A stretch of 64,000 nucleotides of DNA from Deltaproteobacteria bacterium RBG_16_49_23 (GCA_001798855.1 MGQQ01000132.1:4421-68420); one strand, 5' to 3'. Counted from the stretch's first letter, positions 1 through 9,849 are shown. Translations and numbers: made by a program. Notes: generated by a model from the letters alone, not told the origin.

Positions 1-599
1 TTTCGGCTCGGTTTTTTGGCTAACGTCACATAGATATTACAGATACGATCCGGGGAACTGCAGTCTGCACACACACCTGTCTCGACGCAGGGTGTTTTCT
101 TGCCGAGCCGTTTGGCATTCTGGGGGGCCACCCATTCCCTCACCCGCTTCTCAGCGGCTTCCATATCCTTCACAATCTTATTTACGCCACAGACGATGAT
201 CGTCTTTTTCGGCCCGATGAACATGGCCCCCACTCTGTTTCCTGTAGCATCCACGTTGAATAACTTCCCATCCTCGGTTAACGCATTCGTGCCTGAAAGA
301 AAGACATCTGCCGAAAAGGACTTTCGGATCAGGTCGAGAATTTCTTCCGGCGTCTTGCCCTGCCGAAAAGGCCAGATGAGACGGACATTCCGATTCCCAA
401 GACCGTCCAGCAAACCGATCTGTGTCAGGGTGATAGATCCTCCCACTCCGACTGTCGCTCCATCCGGTATCTGCTTCATCGCCTCTTCGCAGGCGGATTT
501 GGAATCCGGAACAAAGACGGCCTCGAAGTTATTCTTCTTCAATGCGTTAATCGTTCTTTCGACCTGCTTCCCCTGAAACCACTGCTGCCACTGCTCCAT
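1..599 (-). CDS. LUD (DUF162) domain protein, lactate-utilization LutC/YkgG-like; 3' end lies beyond the window edge
   Basis: Minus-strand translation starts at ATG 599-597 (MEQWQQWFQGKQVERTINALKKNNFEAVFV...SGTNALTEDGKLF...CVETGVCADCSSPDRICNIY) and matches LUD-domain hallmarks. The reading frame is still open at position 1. Confidence 0.7.
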   Translation of the reverse strand, partial: MEQWQQWFQGKQVERTINALKKNNFEAVFVPDSKSACEEAMKQIPDGATVGVGGSITLTQIGLLDGLGNRNVRLIWPFRQGKTPEEILDLIRKSFSADVFLSGTNALTEDGKLFNVDATGNRVGAMFIGPKKTIIVCGVNKIVKDMEAAEKRVREWVAPQNAKRLGKKTPCVETGVCADCSSPDRICNIYVTLAKKPSR

Positions 600-706
600 A
601 TTTTCTTCCTCCTTTTTCCAAGTATTGTAATGGATGCCATAAAAATTGAACGTATCTTTATTTCTGGCTTTTGGTGTAAACGAGTGGGGCATTTCTGTCT
701 TGTTCT

Positions 707-746
707 CTCCCCCTCTTTGGCAAAGAGGGGTCAGGGGAGATTTTAT
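707..746. repeat. REP-like palindromic repeat unit (CCCCTCTTTGGCAAAGAGGGG plus the extension TCAGGGGAGATTTTA)
   Basis: A perfect palindrome is followed by a conserved G-rich extension. The same motif recurs at 1104, 1679, 7306, 7355, 31084, 33293, 43181, 50785 and 55785. Confidence 0.7.
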
Positions 747-749
747 AAA

Positions 750-1097
750 TCATAGGCAACTCCATATCTCTTCCATCACTCCGTCCATATTCTCAAAGAC
801 ATCCCTGTCGGAAAACCTCATAACCTTTATCCCCATTTCCCCAAGAGTGTCGTCTCTTGTTCTGTCCTTTGCCTTGCCAGTCTCAGAATAGTGCCCTCCA
901 CCGTCAAGCTCTATCACAAGATTGGCCTTCGGATAGTAAAAATCAACGATATACTTCCCGATTATCTTTTGGCGGTAAAACGGATGTCCCTTCAGTTGCT
1001 TTCGTCTCAATTTTAACCACAACATCTTTTCAGCATCTGTCATGTTTTTTCTGAGGAGCTGCGATAATGCTTTCAACTGTTTATCATAAGAAAGCAT
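750..1097 (-). CDS. DUF559 endonuclease-domain protein (Vsr-like fold)
   Basis: A 115-aa ORF (...YIVDFYYPKANLVIELDGGGHY...DRTRDDTLGEMGIKVMRFSDRDV) is typical of DUF559 proteins. Confidence 0.75.
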   Translation of the reverse strand: MLSYDKQLKALSQLLRKNMTDAEKMLWLKLRRKQLKGHPFYRQKIIGKYIVDFYYPKANLVIELDGGGHYSETGKAKDRTRDDTLGEMGIKVMRFSDRDVFENMDGVMEEIWSCL

Positions 1098-1103
1098 TTG
1101 TTC

Positions 1104-1140
1104 TTAAAATCCCCCCTCGCCCCCCTTTGCCAAAGGGGGA
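1104..1140. repeat. REP-like palindromic repeat unit (inverted copy of the unit at 707-746)
   Basis: The sequence TTAAAATCCCCCCTCGCCCCCCTTTGCCAAAGGGGGA is the reverse complement of the left unit, with the extension facing the DUF559 gene. Confidence 0.7.
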
Positions 1141-1377
1141 TATAAAGATGATAGCCATTTCTTCAAGAGGTTTTTACCCACTCACTTGCTCGATGAGCTT
1201 TATTTTTAAACCGGTTATTGATTTAAGTCAATGATCCATCATAATATGGGTGTTAGTATAGAAAATATATGAGGGTTTTCCGGTTTTTCAACCACACTGT
1301 AACCCCCTGAATTCTGGACAATATGAGGACGTGGTGTTACGATTAATTTAAGATGCTTTTAAGAAAGGAGGCATCCT

Positions 1378-1593
1378 GTGGCTGAATATCAAACGGATGA
1401 AAAGGTCGCTTTCAACGGGAAAAAGGTTGAGGTTTTAGGCTCCACGTTTGAGGAGGGAAAACCCGTAAGCCCGATGAAATGGAGAGAAAAATTGAGAAAC
1501 CGTGAAGAGATGCTTGCCTATCTCAAGACAGGGGAACGTTACTGGTTCAGCGACGAATGGTTCGGCAGCGAGAAACGGAAGACAAAAGCATAA
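1378..1593 (+). CDS. hypothetical small protein (71 aa)
   Basis: An ORF with a GTG start preceded by AGGAGG. I recognise no domain. Confidence 0.4.
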   Translation: MAEYQTDEKVAFNGKKVEVLGSTFEEGKPVSPMKWREKLRNREEMLAYLKTGERYWFSDEWFGSEKRKTKA

Positions 1594-1678
1594 TCCGGCA
1601 GAGGTAGAACTAAATGGGTTTTGGAGACCCTTACGAATCAATTATTAAAAGTCTCAAAATAGTAAAGACATCGATTTG

Positions 1679-1761
1679 TAAAATCCCTCCTAACCTCCCT
1701 TTTCCTAAGGGAGGTCCCGCGTTTCGCGGGATTTGGCAAAGAAGGGATAGGGAGATTTTCC
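1679..1761. repeat. composite REP-like element (extension + palindrome CCTCCCTTTTCCTAAGGGAGG + small palindrome TCCCGCGTTTCGCGGGA + half-palindrome + extension)
   Basis: It shares motifs with the repeat family above. The small palindrome CCCGCG(T/A)3CGCGGG recurs at 43185-43204 in the opposite orientation. Confidence 0.6.
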
Positions 1762-1825
1762 AATGCCTATATCAATTCAATCCTGAGACTGCTATTAAGC
1801 ACATGATGAGAAGGAGGTAAATCCC

Positions 1826-2773
1826 GTGGCATTTCAAATTCCCCAGATCACCTATTCAGGGAAAATAAAAGAAGTCACCCTCGGAAAGGGACCCAAGGCA
1901 GTAACCATCGGAGGAGAAAATTCCTACCCTTTTCATCTCTTCGAAGGAGAGATGGCCCATCCTCCCCGGATTGCCATGGAGGTTTATGATGCCCCTCCTG
2001 AAGACTGGCCGGAGACGGCCCTTGAACCATTCAGCGATGTGGTCCATGATCCGGTGGCCTGGGCAAAAAAATGCATTGAGAGTTACGGAGCAGACCTGGT
2101 TGCGTTGCAACTGGTCAGCACCGATCCGAATGGTTTGAACCGGCCGTCTGAGGAGGCAGCGGAGACCGCCAAAAAGGTCGCCTCTTCAATCGACGTTCCC
2201 CTGATCGTATGGGGAAGCGCCAATGCGGACAAGGATGGCGATGTTCTTCGAAAGGTGGCTGAGGTTTGCGATGGGATGAACCTCATCATCGGGCCTGTTG
2301 TGGAAGGCAATTACAAGCAGGTGGGCGCGGGGGCGATTGGATATCGACATACTGCCATTGCCTCCTCTCCTATTGATATCAACCTCGCCAAACAGCTCAA
2401 TATCCTCCTCGGAAACCTGGGCATCCCTGACGGTCAGATCCTTGTCGATCCGACCACGGGTGGACTGGGGTATGGAATCGAATATACCTATTCTGTGATG
2501 GAACGGGACCGGATGGCCGCCCTCACCCAGCAGGATGAGAGGCTCCAATTCCCGATCATTTGTAATATGGCGAAAGAAGTTTGGAAGACGAAGGAGGCCA
2601 AGGCATCGGCTGAAGAGGCCCCTGCTTTAGGCGATCCCCGGAGACGGGGCATCCTCATGGAGGCCATGACAGCGGTTGTCCTCCTTCTGGCAGGGGCGGA
2701 TATTCTCGTGATGAGACATCCAGAAGCGATAAAAATGGTTCGGGAGATGATTTCGGATTTGATGGCGAAGTAA
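1826..2773 (+). CDS. acsD: corrinoid iron-sulfur protein small subunit (CODH/ACS delta subunit)
   Basis: A 315-aa protein with strong similarity to the Moorella AcsD pattern (...GGENSYPFHLFEGE...MEVYD...DLVALQLVS...MRHPEA...). It has a GTG start after GGAGG. Confidence 0.85.
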   Translation: MAFQIPQITYSGKIKEVTLGKGPKAVTIGGENSYPFHLFEGEMAHPPRIAMEVYDAPPEDWPETALEPFSDVVHDPVAWAKKCIESYGADLVALQLVSTDPNGLNRPSEEAAETAKKVASSIDVPLIVWGSANADKDGDVLRKVAEVCDGMNLIIGPVVEGNYKQVGAGAIGYRHTAIASSPIDINLAKQLNILLGNLGIPDGQILVDPTTGGLGYGIEYTYSVMERDRMAALTQQDERLQFPIICNMAKEVWKTKEAKASAEEAPALGDPRRRGILMEAMTAVVLLLAGADILVMRHPEAIKMVREMISDLMAK

Positions 2774-2868
2774 ATCACCCCATCCCAAGGTGTGAGGCAT
2801 CTATATCCCGAAGGAACCTGGATTCCGCATCGGGTGCGGAATGACAGAATAATAGAATGGAGGTTTTC

Positions 2869-4827
2869 ATGTCCGATATCGAAAAGAAGAGTATTGATCC
2901 TGCAACGATAAAAATGTTGAAAAAGGCACAGGCCGATGGTTGTGAAACCATCTTTGACCGGGCTGAAGCCATGAAACCCTGTCCGATCGGAGCAGAGGGA
3001 AGCTGTTGTAAAACCTGTGTCATGGGACCCTGCCGTGTCTCCGCATCCAAAAAGAAGGGGGAGGAGAAGATCAGAAGGACGGGACTCTGTGGCGCAACGG
3101 CGGAGACGATCTCCGCGCGTAATTTTGCTCGAATGGTGGCCGCAGGAACAGCCGCCCACTCCGACCATGCGCGAGGTGTGGCTGAGATCTTTCTGGCCAC
3201 GGCCAAGGGCAAGGTCCCCGGCTTTGAGATCAAGGACGAGCAGAAACTCTATCAACTGGCGATGGATCTCGGGGTCGAGATAGGAAACCGGCCTGTCCGG
3301 GAGATTGCCATCGAGGTAGGCCAGAAGGTTTTAGCCGAATTCGGACGCCAGGAAGGGGAAATCCTGCTTGCCGGGAGGGCGCCTCTCAAAAGGCAACAGA
3401 TCTGGAGAAATTTAGGCATCTTTCCGCGGGGAATCGATCGGGAGGTGGTGGAGCTCCTTCACCGGACCTGCATGGGAGTGGATCAGGAATATAAGGACCT
3501 TCTCTATTCGGCGGCCCGTTGCGCTTTGGCGGATGGATGGGGAGGTTCAATGATCTCCACCGAACTCCAGGATGTCCTTTTCGGGACCCCTGTCCCTGTT
3601 CACGGCAAGATCAACCTCGGCGTCCTTAAAAAAGAGGAGGTTAATGTGGTCATCCACGGACACGAACCCTTTCTCCCTGAGATGATCGTCGGGGCGCTGC
3701 AGGATCCTGAAATCCAGAAGGCCGCCCAATCCGTCGGAGCAAAGGGAGTCAATCTCACGGGGATGTGCTGTTCCGCCAATGAGGTCCTGATGCGTCATGG
3801 GATCCCGGTCGGTGGAAATTTTTTACAGCAGGAATTGGCCATTGTCACCGGTGTCGTCGATGCCATGGTGGTCGATGTTCAATGCGAAATGCAGTCTCTG
3901 GCGCAGGTGGCCAAGTGCTATCATACCAAGCTGATCACAACCTCGCCCATCGCCAAGATCGAAGGAGCCATGCACATCGAATTTGACGAGCATCGTGGTC
4001 CCGAAATAGCGAAAAAGATTGTAATGGAGGCTATCGGAAACTTTAAAAACCGTAAACCGAATGTAGACATCCCGTCCGACACCACCGATACGGTCGTGGG
4101 ATTCAGCCATGAGACGATTAATTACCTCATGGGCGGCATGTTCCGCGCCTCTTACCGGCCCCTCAATGACAATATCATCAACGGCCGCATTCGTGGCATT
4201 GCGGGCGTGGTGGGTTGTAGCAACGCTCGCGTCACCCACGATGATCCAAACTTCACCCTCATCAAAGAATTGATCAAGAATGATGTCCTCGTCCTCGTCA
4301 CCGGTTGCAGCGCGATGGCCGCGGGTAAAGGGGGTCTTCTCACTCCGGAGGCAGCAAGGCAATATGCCGGGGACGGTCTGGCCTCCGTCTGCGAGGCTGT
4401 CGGCATCCCGCCCGTTCTCCACATGGGCGCCTGTGTGGACAACAGCCGGATTCTGATGGCAGCCACTGCCGTCGTGAAGGACGGAGGGCTGGGCGATGAT
4501 ATCAGTGACCTTCCGGCAGCGGGCGCGGCGCTGGAGTGGATGAGCGAAAAGGCCATTGCCATCGGCCACTATTTCGTCGCTTCAGGGATCTTCACCGTTT
4601 TCGGCGTGACCTGGCCGACCACAGGAAGTGAAGAAGTCACAAAGCTTCTCTTTGAGGAATTTGAAAATAGCTTAAAAGGGAAATGGGGGTTCGAGCCCGA
4701 TCCGTTAAAAGCGGCGAAGCTGATGATTGAACATATCGATAAGAAGCGGAAAGCCCTCGGCATCGATAAGGCCCGGGAGCGCGTGCTCTTCGATATGGCC
4801 AAACGTCGCGAACTGGAAGCTGCTTAA
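2869..4827 (+). CDS. cooS: anaerobic Ni-Fe carbon monoxide dehydrogenase catalytic subunit
   Basis: It carries CooS/AcsA hallmarks (GSCCKTCVMGPCR, HGHEP, GMCCSANE). The ATG at 2869 is preceded by GGAGG; the ORF track extends the start back to 2857. Confidence 0.9.
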   Translation: MSDIEKKSIDPATIKMLKKAQADGCETIFDRAEAMKPCPIGAEGSCCKTCVMGPCRVSASKKKGEEKIRRTGLCGATAETISARNFARMVAAGTAAHSDHARGVAEIFLATAKGKVPGFEIKDEQKLYQLAMDLGVEIGNRPVREIAIEVGQKVLAEFGRQEGEILLAGRAPLKRQQIWRNLGIFPRGIDREVVELLHRTCMGVDQEYKDLLYSAARCALADGWGGSMISTELQDVLFGTPVPVHGKINLGVLKKEEVNVVIHGHEPFLPEMIVGALQDPEIQKAAQSVGAKGVNLTGMCCSANEVLMRHGIPVGGNFLQQELAIVTGVVDAMVVDVQCEMQSLAQVAKCYHTKLITTSPIAKIEGAMHIEFDEHRGPEIAKKIVMEAIGNFKNRKPNVDIPSDTTDTVVGFSHETINYLMGGMFRASYRPLNDNIINGRIRGIAGVVGCSNARVTHDDPNFTLIKELIKNDVLVLVTGCSAMAAGKGGLLTPEAARQYAGDGLASVCEAVGIPPVLHMGACVDNSRILMAATAVVKDGGLGDDISDLPAAGAALEWMSEKAIAIGHYFVASGIFTVFGVTWPTTGSEEVTKLLFEEFENSLKGKWGFEPDPLKAAKLMIEHIDKKRKALGIDKARERVLFDMAKRRELEAA

Positions 4828-4844
4828 TTTCTTACATTAAGGAA

Positions 4845-4990
4845 TTCCCTCCCCCTCTGAGGCTATGTCGTAATTCCGTTCATGGTTCGAGAACCTCACC
4901 ACGAACGGAAAACATACATTTAAAATCAACTACTTAGCCGTTCGCCCTGAGCTTGTCGAAGGGGGAACGGCTAAGTACGACACAGTCTCC
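4845..4990. repeat. structured intergenic element with nested inverted repeats between cooS and acsB
   Basis: Outer inverted repeat AATTCCCTCCCCCTCTGAGG / CCTCCAGGGGAAGGGAATTT. Inner inverted repeats TTAGCCGTTC / GAACGGCTAA and CCGTTC / GAACGG. Confidence 0.55.
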
Positions 4991-5028
4991 AGGGGAAGGG
5001 AATTTATATTTTAAGAGGAGGTTAATCC

Positions 5029-7236
5029 GTGTCTAAAATCATTGCATCTGCCGCCATCAGGGGCGCTCACAAGATCGTCCAAAGAGCGGAAAAAAAGTTT
5101 GAGGAAGCCTTGCAGAAATGGGGGCCTGATCAGGAGGTTGGCTTTCCCAACACGGCGTATTATTTGCCCATCATCTACGCCATCCTTGGAGTCCCCATCC
5201 AAAAACTTGGAGATGTGAAGCCCGTTCTCGAAAGAACCCGGTCTCTTCTGCCCCCTCTGGTTAAAGAAAAGGTGAACCTCCCTTATTTAGGCCCGGCCCT
5301 CGATGCAGGAATGGCCGCCTTCTTTGCGGAGGAGATCCTTGAAGCCATTCGCTACCTGGAGACTCCCAATTTCTATACGAAGCAGGAAGACCCCTTGCCT
5401 GATAATATCTGGCTGGGCGCAGCAGACGATGTCATCTTTCGTAAAAGAGGGGTCGAATTTGTGGATGGAACTGCCCCTGGATTTGCCGCTATCGTGGGGG
5501 CCGCGCCATCGCCCGAGGTTGCAAAAAAAATCGCCACCGAGCTTCAGGAGAAGAACCTCTATGTCTTTATGTGCGCCGAACATGAAGGAAAACGCTTTGC
5601 CGAGCAGTTGGTGGAGGCAGGTGTTCAGATCGGTTGGCCCACGAGACTGGTCTCTTTCGGCCCTGAGGTCTCCTCTGCTGTCTTTGCCATCGGCTTTGCC
5701 TGCAGGGTTGCCATGGCCTTCGGCGGAGTCAAGCCCGGGGATTTCCGGAATAACCTGATCTATAACAAAGACCGCACCTTTGCCTTCGTCATGCCGCTCG
5801 GATTTGTCACGGATGAATGGTATGCCAATGCCGCCGGCGCCATCAACTGGGGATTTCCGACGATCGCAGATACCCCCATCCCGGAAATTCTGCCCACCGG
5901 CGTCTGCACCTATGAGCATGTCGTTTCAAATATTCCCCATGACCAGATTGTTCAGCGGGCCGCGGAGGTGCGGGGGTTAAAGGTGGCTGTCGCCGAAGTC
6001 CCGATCCCTGTCTCTTATGGTCCTGCCTTCGAGGGTGAGAGGGTCAGGGGAGAGGATATTTTTATGGAATGCGGAGGAGGAAGAACCCATGCGGTGGAGT
6101 GGGTCACCTCGCGGCCCATGGAAGAGGTGGAAGACGGCAAGGTGGTCCTCATCGGGCCGGATCTCGACCAGGTGGAGGCTCCGGGACGGCTCCCCATTGC
6201 CATTGTCGCTGAGGTGGCCGGCCGCCAGATGCAGGAGGACTTCGAACCTATTCTCGAACGGCAGATTCACCATCTCATCAACTATGCCCAGGGAGTGATG
6301 CATATCGGCCAGAGGGATATTGCCTGGCTAAGGATTAGCAAAGGGGCTGTGGATAAAGGATTCCGTTTTCCCCATCTGGGGAAAATCCTTCATGCGAAGT
6401 TTCACCAGGACTTCGGAGCCATCTTCGATAAAGCCCAGGTGAAGATCTACACCGATAAGGAGAAGGTGGATCAGATTCTTGCACAGGCAAGGGAGGTCTA
6501 CCAGAAGAGGGATGAACGCATCGAAGGGATGACCGACGAGACCATAGACACCTTCTACTCCTGCACCCTTTGCCAATCCTTTGCCCCCAGCCATGTCTGC
6601 GTCATCAGCCCGGAAAGAACAGGCCTTTGCGGCGCTTACAACTGGATGGATTGCAAAGCTTCCTTCGAGATCAATCCCACCGGACCAAACCAGCCCGTTC
6701 CAAAGGGAGAAATCATCGATGTGAACCTGGGGCAGTGGAAAGGCGTAAACGAGTTTGTCTATAAAGCTTCCCGTCAGAAGGTCGACCACTACAACTTCTA
6801 TAGCTTGATGTACGATCCGATGACCACCTGCGGGTGCTGTGAATGTATAGCGGCTGTTCTCCCGATGTGCAACGGTGTGATGACTGTCAACCGCGACTTC
6901 CCGGGGATGACTCCCTGCGGGATGAAGTTCACCACCCTCGCGGGTTCCGTGGGAGGGGGACAGGTCACACCCGGCTTCGTCGGTCACAGCAAATATAATA
7001 TCACGCAGAGAAAGTGGCTGGTCGGAGATGGCGGGCTTAAACGGCTTGTCTGGATGCCTAAAATGCTCAAGGATGAGATCAGGGATCGACTGATCAGACT
7101 GTCTCAGGAGATCGGCATTCCGGATTTCATCGAAATGATTGCGGATGAAACGGTCGGAGTCACCGAAGAGGAAATCCTTCCTTTTCTTACGGAGAAGAGC
7201 CACCCCGCTCTCTCGATGGACCCGATTCTGGGGTAA
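5029..7236 (+). CDS. acsB: CO dehydrogenase/acetyl-CoA synthase, acetyl-CoA synthase subunit
   Basis: A 735-aa protein with a bacterial AcsB-like N-terminus and the A-cluster Cys motif (MTTCGCCEC). It has a GTG start after GGAGG. Confidence 0.9.
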   Translation: MSKIIASAAIRGAHKIVQRAEKKFEEALQKWGPDQEVGFPNTAYYLPIIYAILGVPIQKLGDVKPVLERTRSLLPPLVKEKVNLPYLGPALDAGMAAFFAEEILEAIRYLETPNFYTKQEDPLPDNIWLGAADDVIFRKRGVEFVDGTAPGFAAIVGAAPSPEVAKKIATELQEKNLYVFMCAEHEGKRFAEQLVEAGVQIGWPTRLVSFGPEVSSAVFAIGFACRVAMAFGGVKPGDFRNNLIYNKDRTFAFVMPLGFVTDEWYANAAGAINWGFPTIADTPIPEILPTGVCTYEHVVSNIPHDQIVQRAAEVRGLKVAVAEVPIPVSYGPAFEGERVRGEDIFMECGGGRTHAVEWVTSRPMEEVEDGKVVLIGPDLDQVEAPGRLPIAIVAEVAGRQMQEDFEPILERQIHHLINYAQGVMHIGQRDIAWLRISKGAVDKGFRFPHLGKILHAKFHQDFGAIFDKAQVKIYTDKEKVDQILAQAREVYQKRDERIEGMTDETIDTFYSCTLCQSFAPSHVCVISPERTGLCGAYNWMDCKASFEINPTGPNQPVPKGEIIDVNLGQWKGVNEFVYKASRQKVDHYNFYSLMYDPMTTCGCCECIAAVLPMCNGVMTVNRDFPGMTPCGMKFTTLAGSVGGGQVTPGFVGHSKYNITQRKWLVGDGGLKRLVWMPKMLKDEIRDRLIRLSQEIGIPDFIEMIADETVGVTEEEILPFLTEKSHPALSMDPILG

Positions 7237-7305
7237 GTAAAAAAGCATAGGGCATGGAGCATAGGGCATAGAGATTTTTTAACATTAGCTGTTTGAAATA
7301 AACCT

Positions 7306-7393
7306 TTTAAAATCCCTCCCCACCTCCCTTTGTCAAAGGGAGGAGAAAATATTTCCCCCTTTTGACAAAGGGGGATGTAGGGGGGATTAGATA
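7306..7393. repeat. pair of REP-like units in head-to-head arrangement
   Basis: AAAATCCCTCCCCACCTCCCTTTGTCAAAGGGAGG ... TCCCCCTTTTGACAAAGGGGGATGTAGGGGGGATTAG. These are flanked by the TTAGCTGTTTGAAA and TTTCAAAGAGCTAAAATCATA motifs shared with 31084-31195 and 43181-43300. Confidence 0.65.
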
Positions 7394-7492
7394 ACCTTTT
7401 TCAAAGAGCTAAAATCATATGAGATTTTTAAATTAGATTTTTTACGCTATGTGCTATGCCCTTTGCTTCATTATGTGAAAGGAGTCAAATCC

Positions 7493-8839
7493 ATGGCTTT
7501 GACTGGAATCCAGATCTTCAAATTATTGCCGAAAACCAACTGTAAGGAATGCGGGGTCCCGACCTGTCTCGCTTTTGCCATGAATCTGGCCGCCGGAAAG
7601 GCGGAACTGGCCTCCTGTCCCTATGTTTCCGAGGAAGCCAGGGCCCAGCTCTCCGAAGCAGCCGCCCCACCCATAAGACCTCTCACCGTTGGCTCGGGTG
7701 AGAATGCGGTGAAGATCGGAGGGGAAACCGTACTCTTCCGTCATGAAAAAACTTTCGTAAACAAACCCGGTTTTGCCATCCTCATCAGCGATGTGACGCC
7801 CGGGGATGAGATCAACGAACGCCTGAAGCGGTTCAAGGTCCTGAGATATGAAAGAGTGGGGCTAACCCTGAGACCCGAAATGATTGCTATCAAGAATGAG
7901 TCCGGGGACCCTTCAAAATTTGAAACTCTTGTTAAAAAGGTAAAGTCCGAAACGGATGCCGCCCTCATTCTGATGAGCGAAAAAGTCGAGGCTTTAGCTG
8001 CAGGAGTCAAAGCTTCCTCCGACCGTGTCCCATTGATCTATGCGGCTACGGATGGAAATCTCGAAGCCCTGGCCAATCTTGCCGGGGAGAATAAATGTCC
8101 ATTGGCGGTGAAAGCCACTGATCTCGAAACCCTCTCTGGATCGGCTGAAAAGCTGATAGCCGCCGGCCTCAAAGACCTTGTCCTCGATTCCGGATCGAGA
8201 ACGCTCCGCAGGGCTTTCGAAGACCAGGTTTTCATCCGGCGGGCGGCCCTCCTTCAAAAAAACCGTTCCCTCGGATTTCCGACCATCGCCTTTCCCTGCG
8301 AAATGACGAAAGATCCGATGAAAGAAGCTCTGATCGCCGCAACCTTCGTGGCAAAGTATGCGGGGATCATCGTAATGTCCGACCTTCAGGGAGAAAGCCT
8401 TTTCCCCCTTCTCGTTGAACGGCTCAATATCTATACGGACCCTCAACGGCCCATGACGATGCAGCCGGGGATCTATCCCATCGGTAATCCGGGAGAGGAG
8501 TCGCCCGTATTGGTCACCGTCAACTTCTCGTTGACCTACTTTATCGTCTCCGGTGAAATCGAATCGAGCCGGATTCCGAGCTGGCTTCTGGTGATGGATA
8601 CCGAGGGGCTCTCCGTTCTCACGGCCTGGGCCGCTGGTAAATTTGTGGGAGATGCGATCGGCGCCTTCATTAAAAAGAGCGGCATTTCGGAGAAAGTGAA
8701 GCGCCGGCAGGTGATTATCCCGGGAGCAGTTGCAGTCATCAGTGGAGATCTTGAAGAAGAGCTCGGTTCGGACTGGAAGGTTAAAACCGGCCCAAGAGAA
8801 GCCGCCCACCTGCCCGCCTTCCTTAAAATGGGAGCATAA
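7493..8839 (+). CDS. acsC: corrinoid iron-sulfur protein large subunit (CODH/ACS gamma subunit)
   Basis: MALTGIQIFKLLPKTNCKECGVPTCLAFAMNLAAGKA... matches the AcsC N-terminal 4Fe-4S domain and the TIM barrel. The RBS-proximal ATG is at 7493. Confidence 0.9.
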   Translation: MALTGIQIFKLLPKTNCKECGVPTCLAFAMNLAAGKAELASCPYVSEEARAQLSEAAAPPIRPLTVGSGENAVKIGGETVLFRHEKTFVNKPGFAILISDVTPGDEINERLKRFKVLRYERVGLTLRPEMIAIKNESGDPSKFETLVKKVKSETDAALILMSEKVEALAAGVKASSDRVPLIYAATDGNLEALANLAGENKCPLAVKATDLETLSGSAEKLIAAGLKDLVLDSGSRTLRRAFEDQVFIRRAALLQKNRSLGFPTIAFPCEMTKDPMKEALIAATFVAKYAGIIVMSDLQGESLFPLLVERLNIYTDPQRPMTMQPGIYPIGNPGEESPVLVTVNFSLTYFIVSGEIESSRIPSWLLVMDTEGLSVLTAWAAGKFVGDAIGAFIKKSGISEKVKRRQVIIPGAVAVISGDLEEELGSDWKVKTGPREAAHLPAFLKMGA

Positions 8840-8946
8840 CGATTGCGGAATGTAGATTGCAGAGTGCGGAATTAAAGAAACGATTTGAACTGACGCATTT
8901 AAATTCCGAAATCCGCATTCCGAATTCCGAATTTAAAGGAGAATAG

Positions 8947-9849
8947 ATGATCCTCATCGGTGAAAATCTTAATGTAATCATTAAGAAGATTGGGACGGCG
9001 ATGAAAGAAAAGGACCCCAGGCCCATTCAGGAGATGGCCATTGCCGAAGCCAGCGCCGGTGTTGATTACATAGACATCAACCTGGGCCCAGCCCGGAAGG
9101 GCGGAGGGGAGCTGATGGAGTGGATCGTTAAAACCGTTCAGGAAGTGGTGGATACCCCCCTCTATCTTGATACTATCAATGCGGAAGCCATCGAAGCCGG
9201 ACTCCGGGCCTACAAAAATAAGAAAGGAAAAGCAGTGATCAATTCGATCATGGCCCGTCCGGAAAGCATGGAAGCTAAATTCCCTCTTGCCCAGAAGTAT
9301 GATGCAGGGGTTGTTGCCCTCCTCTGGGGGCCTTCCGGTCTTCCACGGGACGCCAACGAGAGAGGCGTGCTGGCCGCCGAACTAATGCAGAAGGCCATGG
9401 AATACGGCATCCCGAATGAAGATATCTGGATCGATCCCATTATCACCCCGATCACCAGCCCCCAGAGCCAGGTTCAGGTCCCGGGCTGTATCGAATTTAT
9501 GAAGATGTTCAAAGACCTCCAGGAGATCGCCCCTGGGATCAAGTCAACCTGCGGACTCTCGAATGTGTCCAACGGCGCTCCGAATCACCTCAGGCCCATC
9601 CTCAATCAGACCTATCTCGTCATGCTCGAACGGTACGGCATGTCCTCAGCCATCATCGACGCCTTTGACGAAGATCTAAAAACATTTGCAAAGGGAAAGA
9701 GGGAGGATTTAAAAAAATTGATCTTTCGGGTGATGGACAAAGATCAAATCGACCTCAAGTCCCTGAGTAAGGAAGAAGCTGATTATGTCAAAACCACGAA
9801 AATCCTGATGGGCCAAATACTCTACTCCGACTCCTGGCTCCAAATGTAA
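8947..9849 (+). CDS. acsE: methyltetrahydrofolate:corrinoid/iron-sulfur protein methyltransferase (pterin-binding)
   Basis: MILIGENLN...DINLGPA...GLSNVS... resembles Moorella MeTr. Confidence 0.85.
   Translation: MILIGENLNVIIKKIGTAMKEKDPRPIQEMAIAEASAGVDYIDINLGPARKGGGELMEWIVKTVQEVVDTPLYLDTINAEAIEAGLRAYKNKKGKAVINSIMARPESMEAKFPLAQKYDAGVVALLWGPSGLPRDANERGVLAAELMQKAMEYGIPNEDIWIDPIITPITSPQSQVQVPGCIEFMKMFKDLQEIAPGIKSTCGLSNVSNGAPNHLRPILNQTYLVMLERYGMSSAIIDAFDEDLKTFAKGKREDLKKLIFRVMDKDQIDLKSLSKEEADYVKTTKILMGQILYSDSWLQM

Noticed and set aside
100-576. Plus-strand 158-aa ORF at the window start
   Set aside because: The opposite strand encodes a clear LUD-domain protein over the same span. The plus-strand ORF has no RBS and no domain signal.
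4868-4882. GGTTCGAGAACC, which resembles a tRNA T-arm
   Set aside because: No acceptor stem or anticodon arm is present. It is part of the nested-hairpin element.
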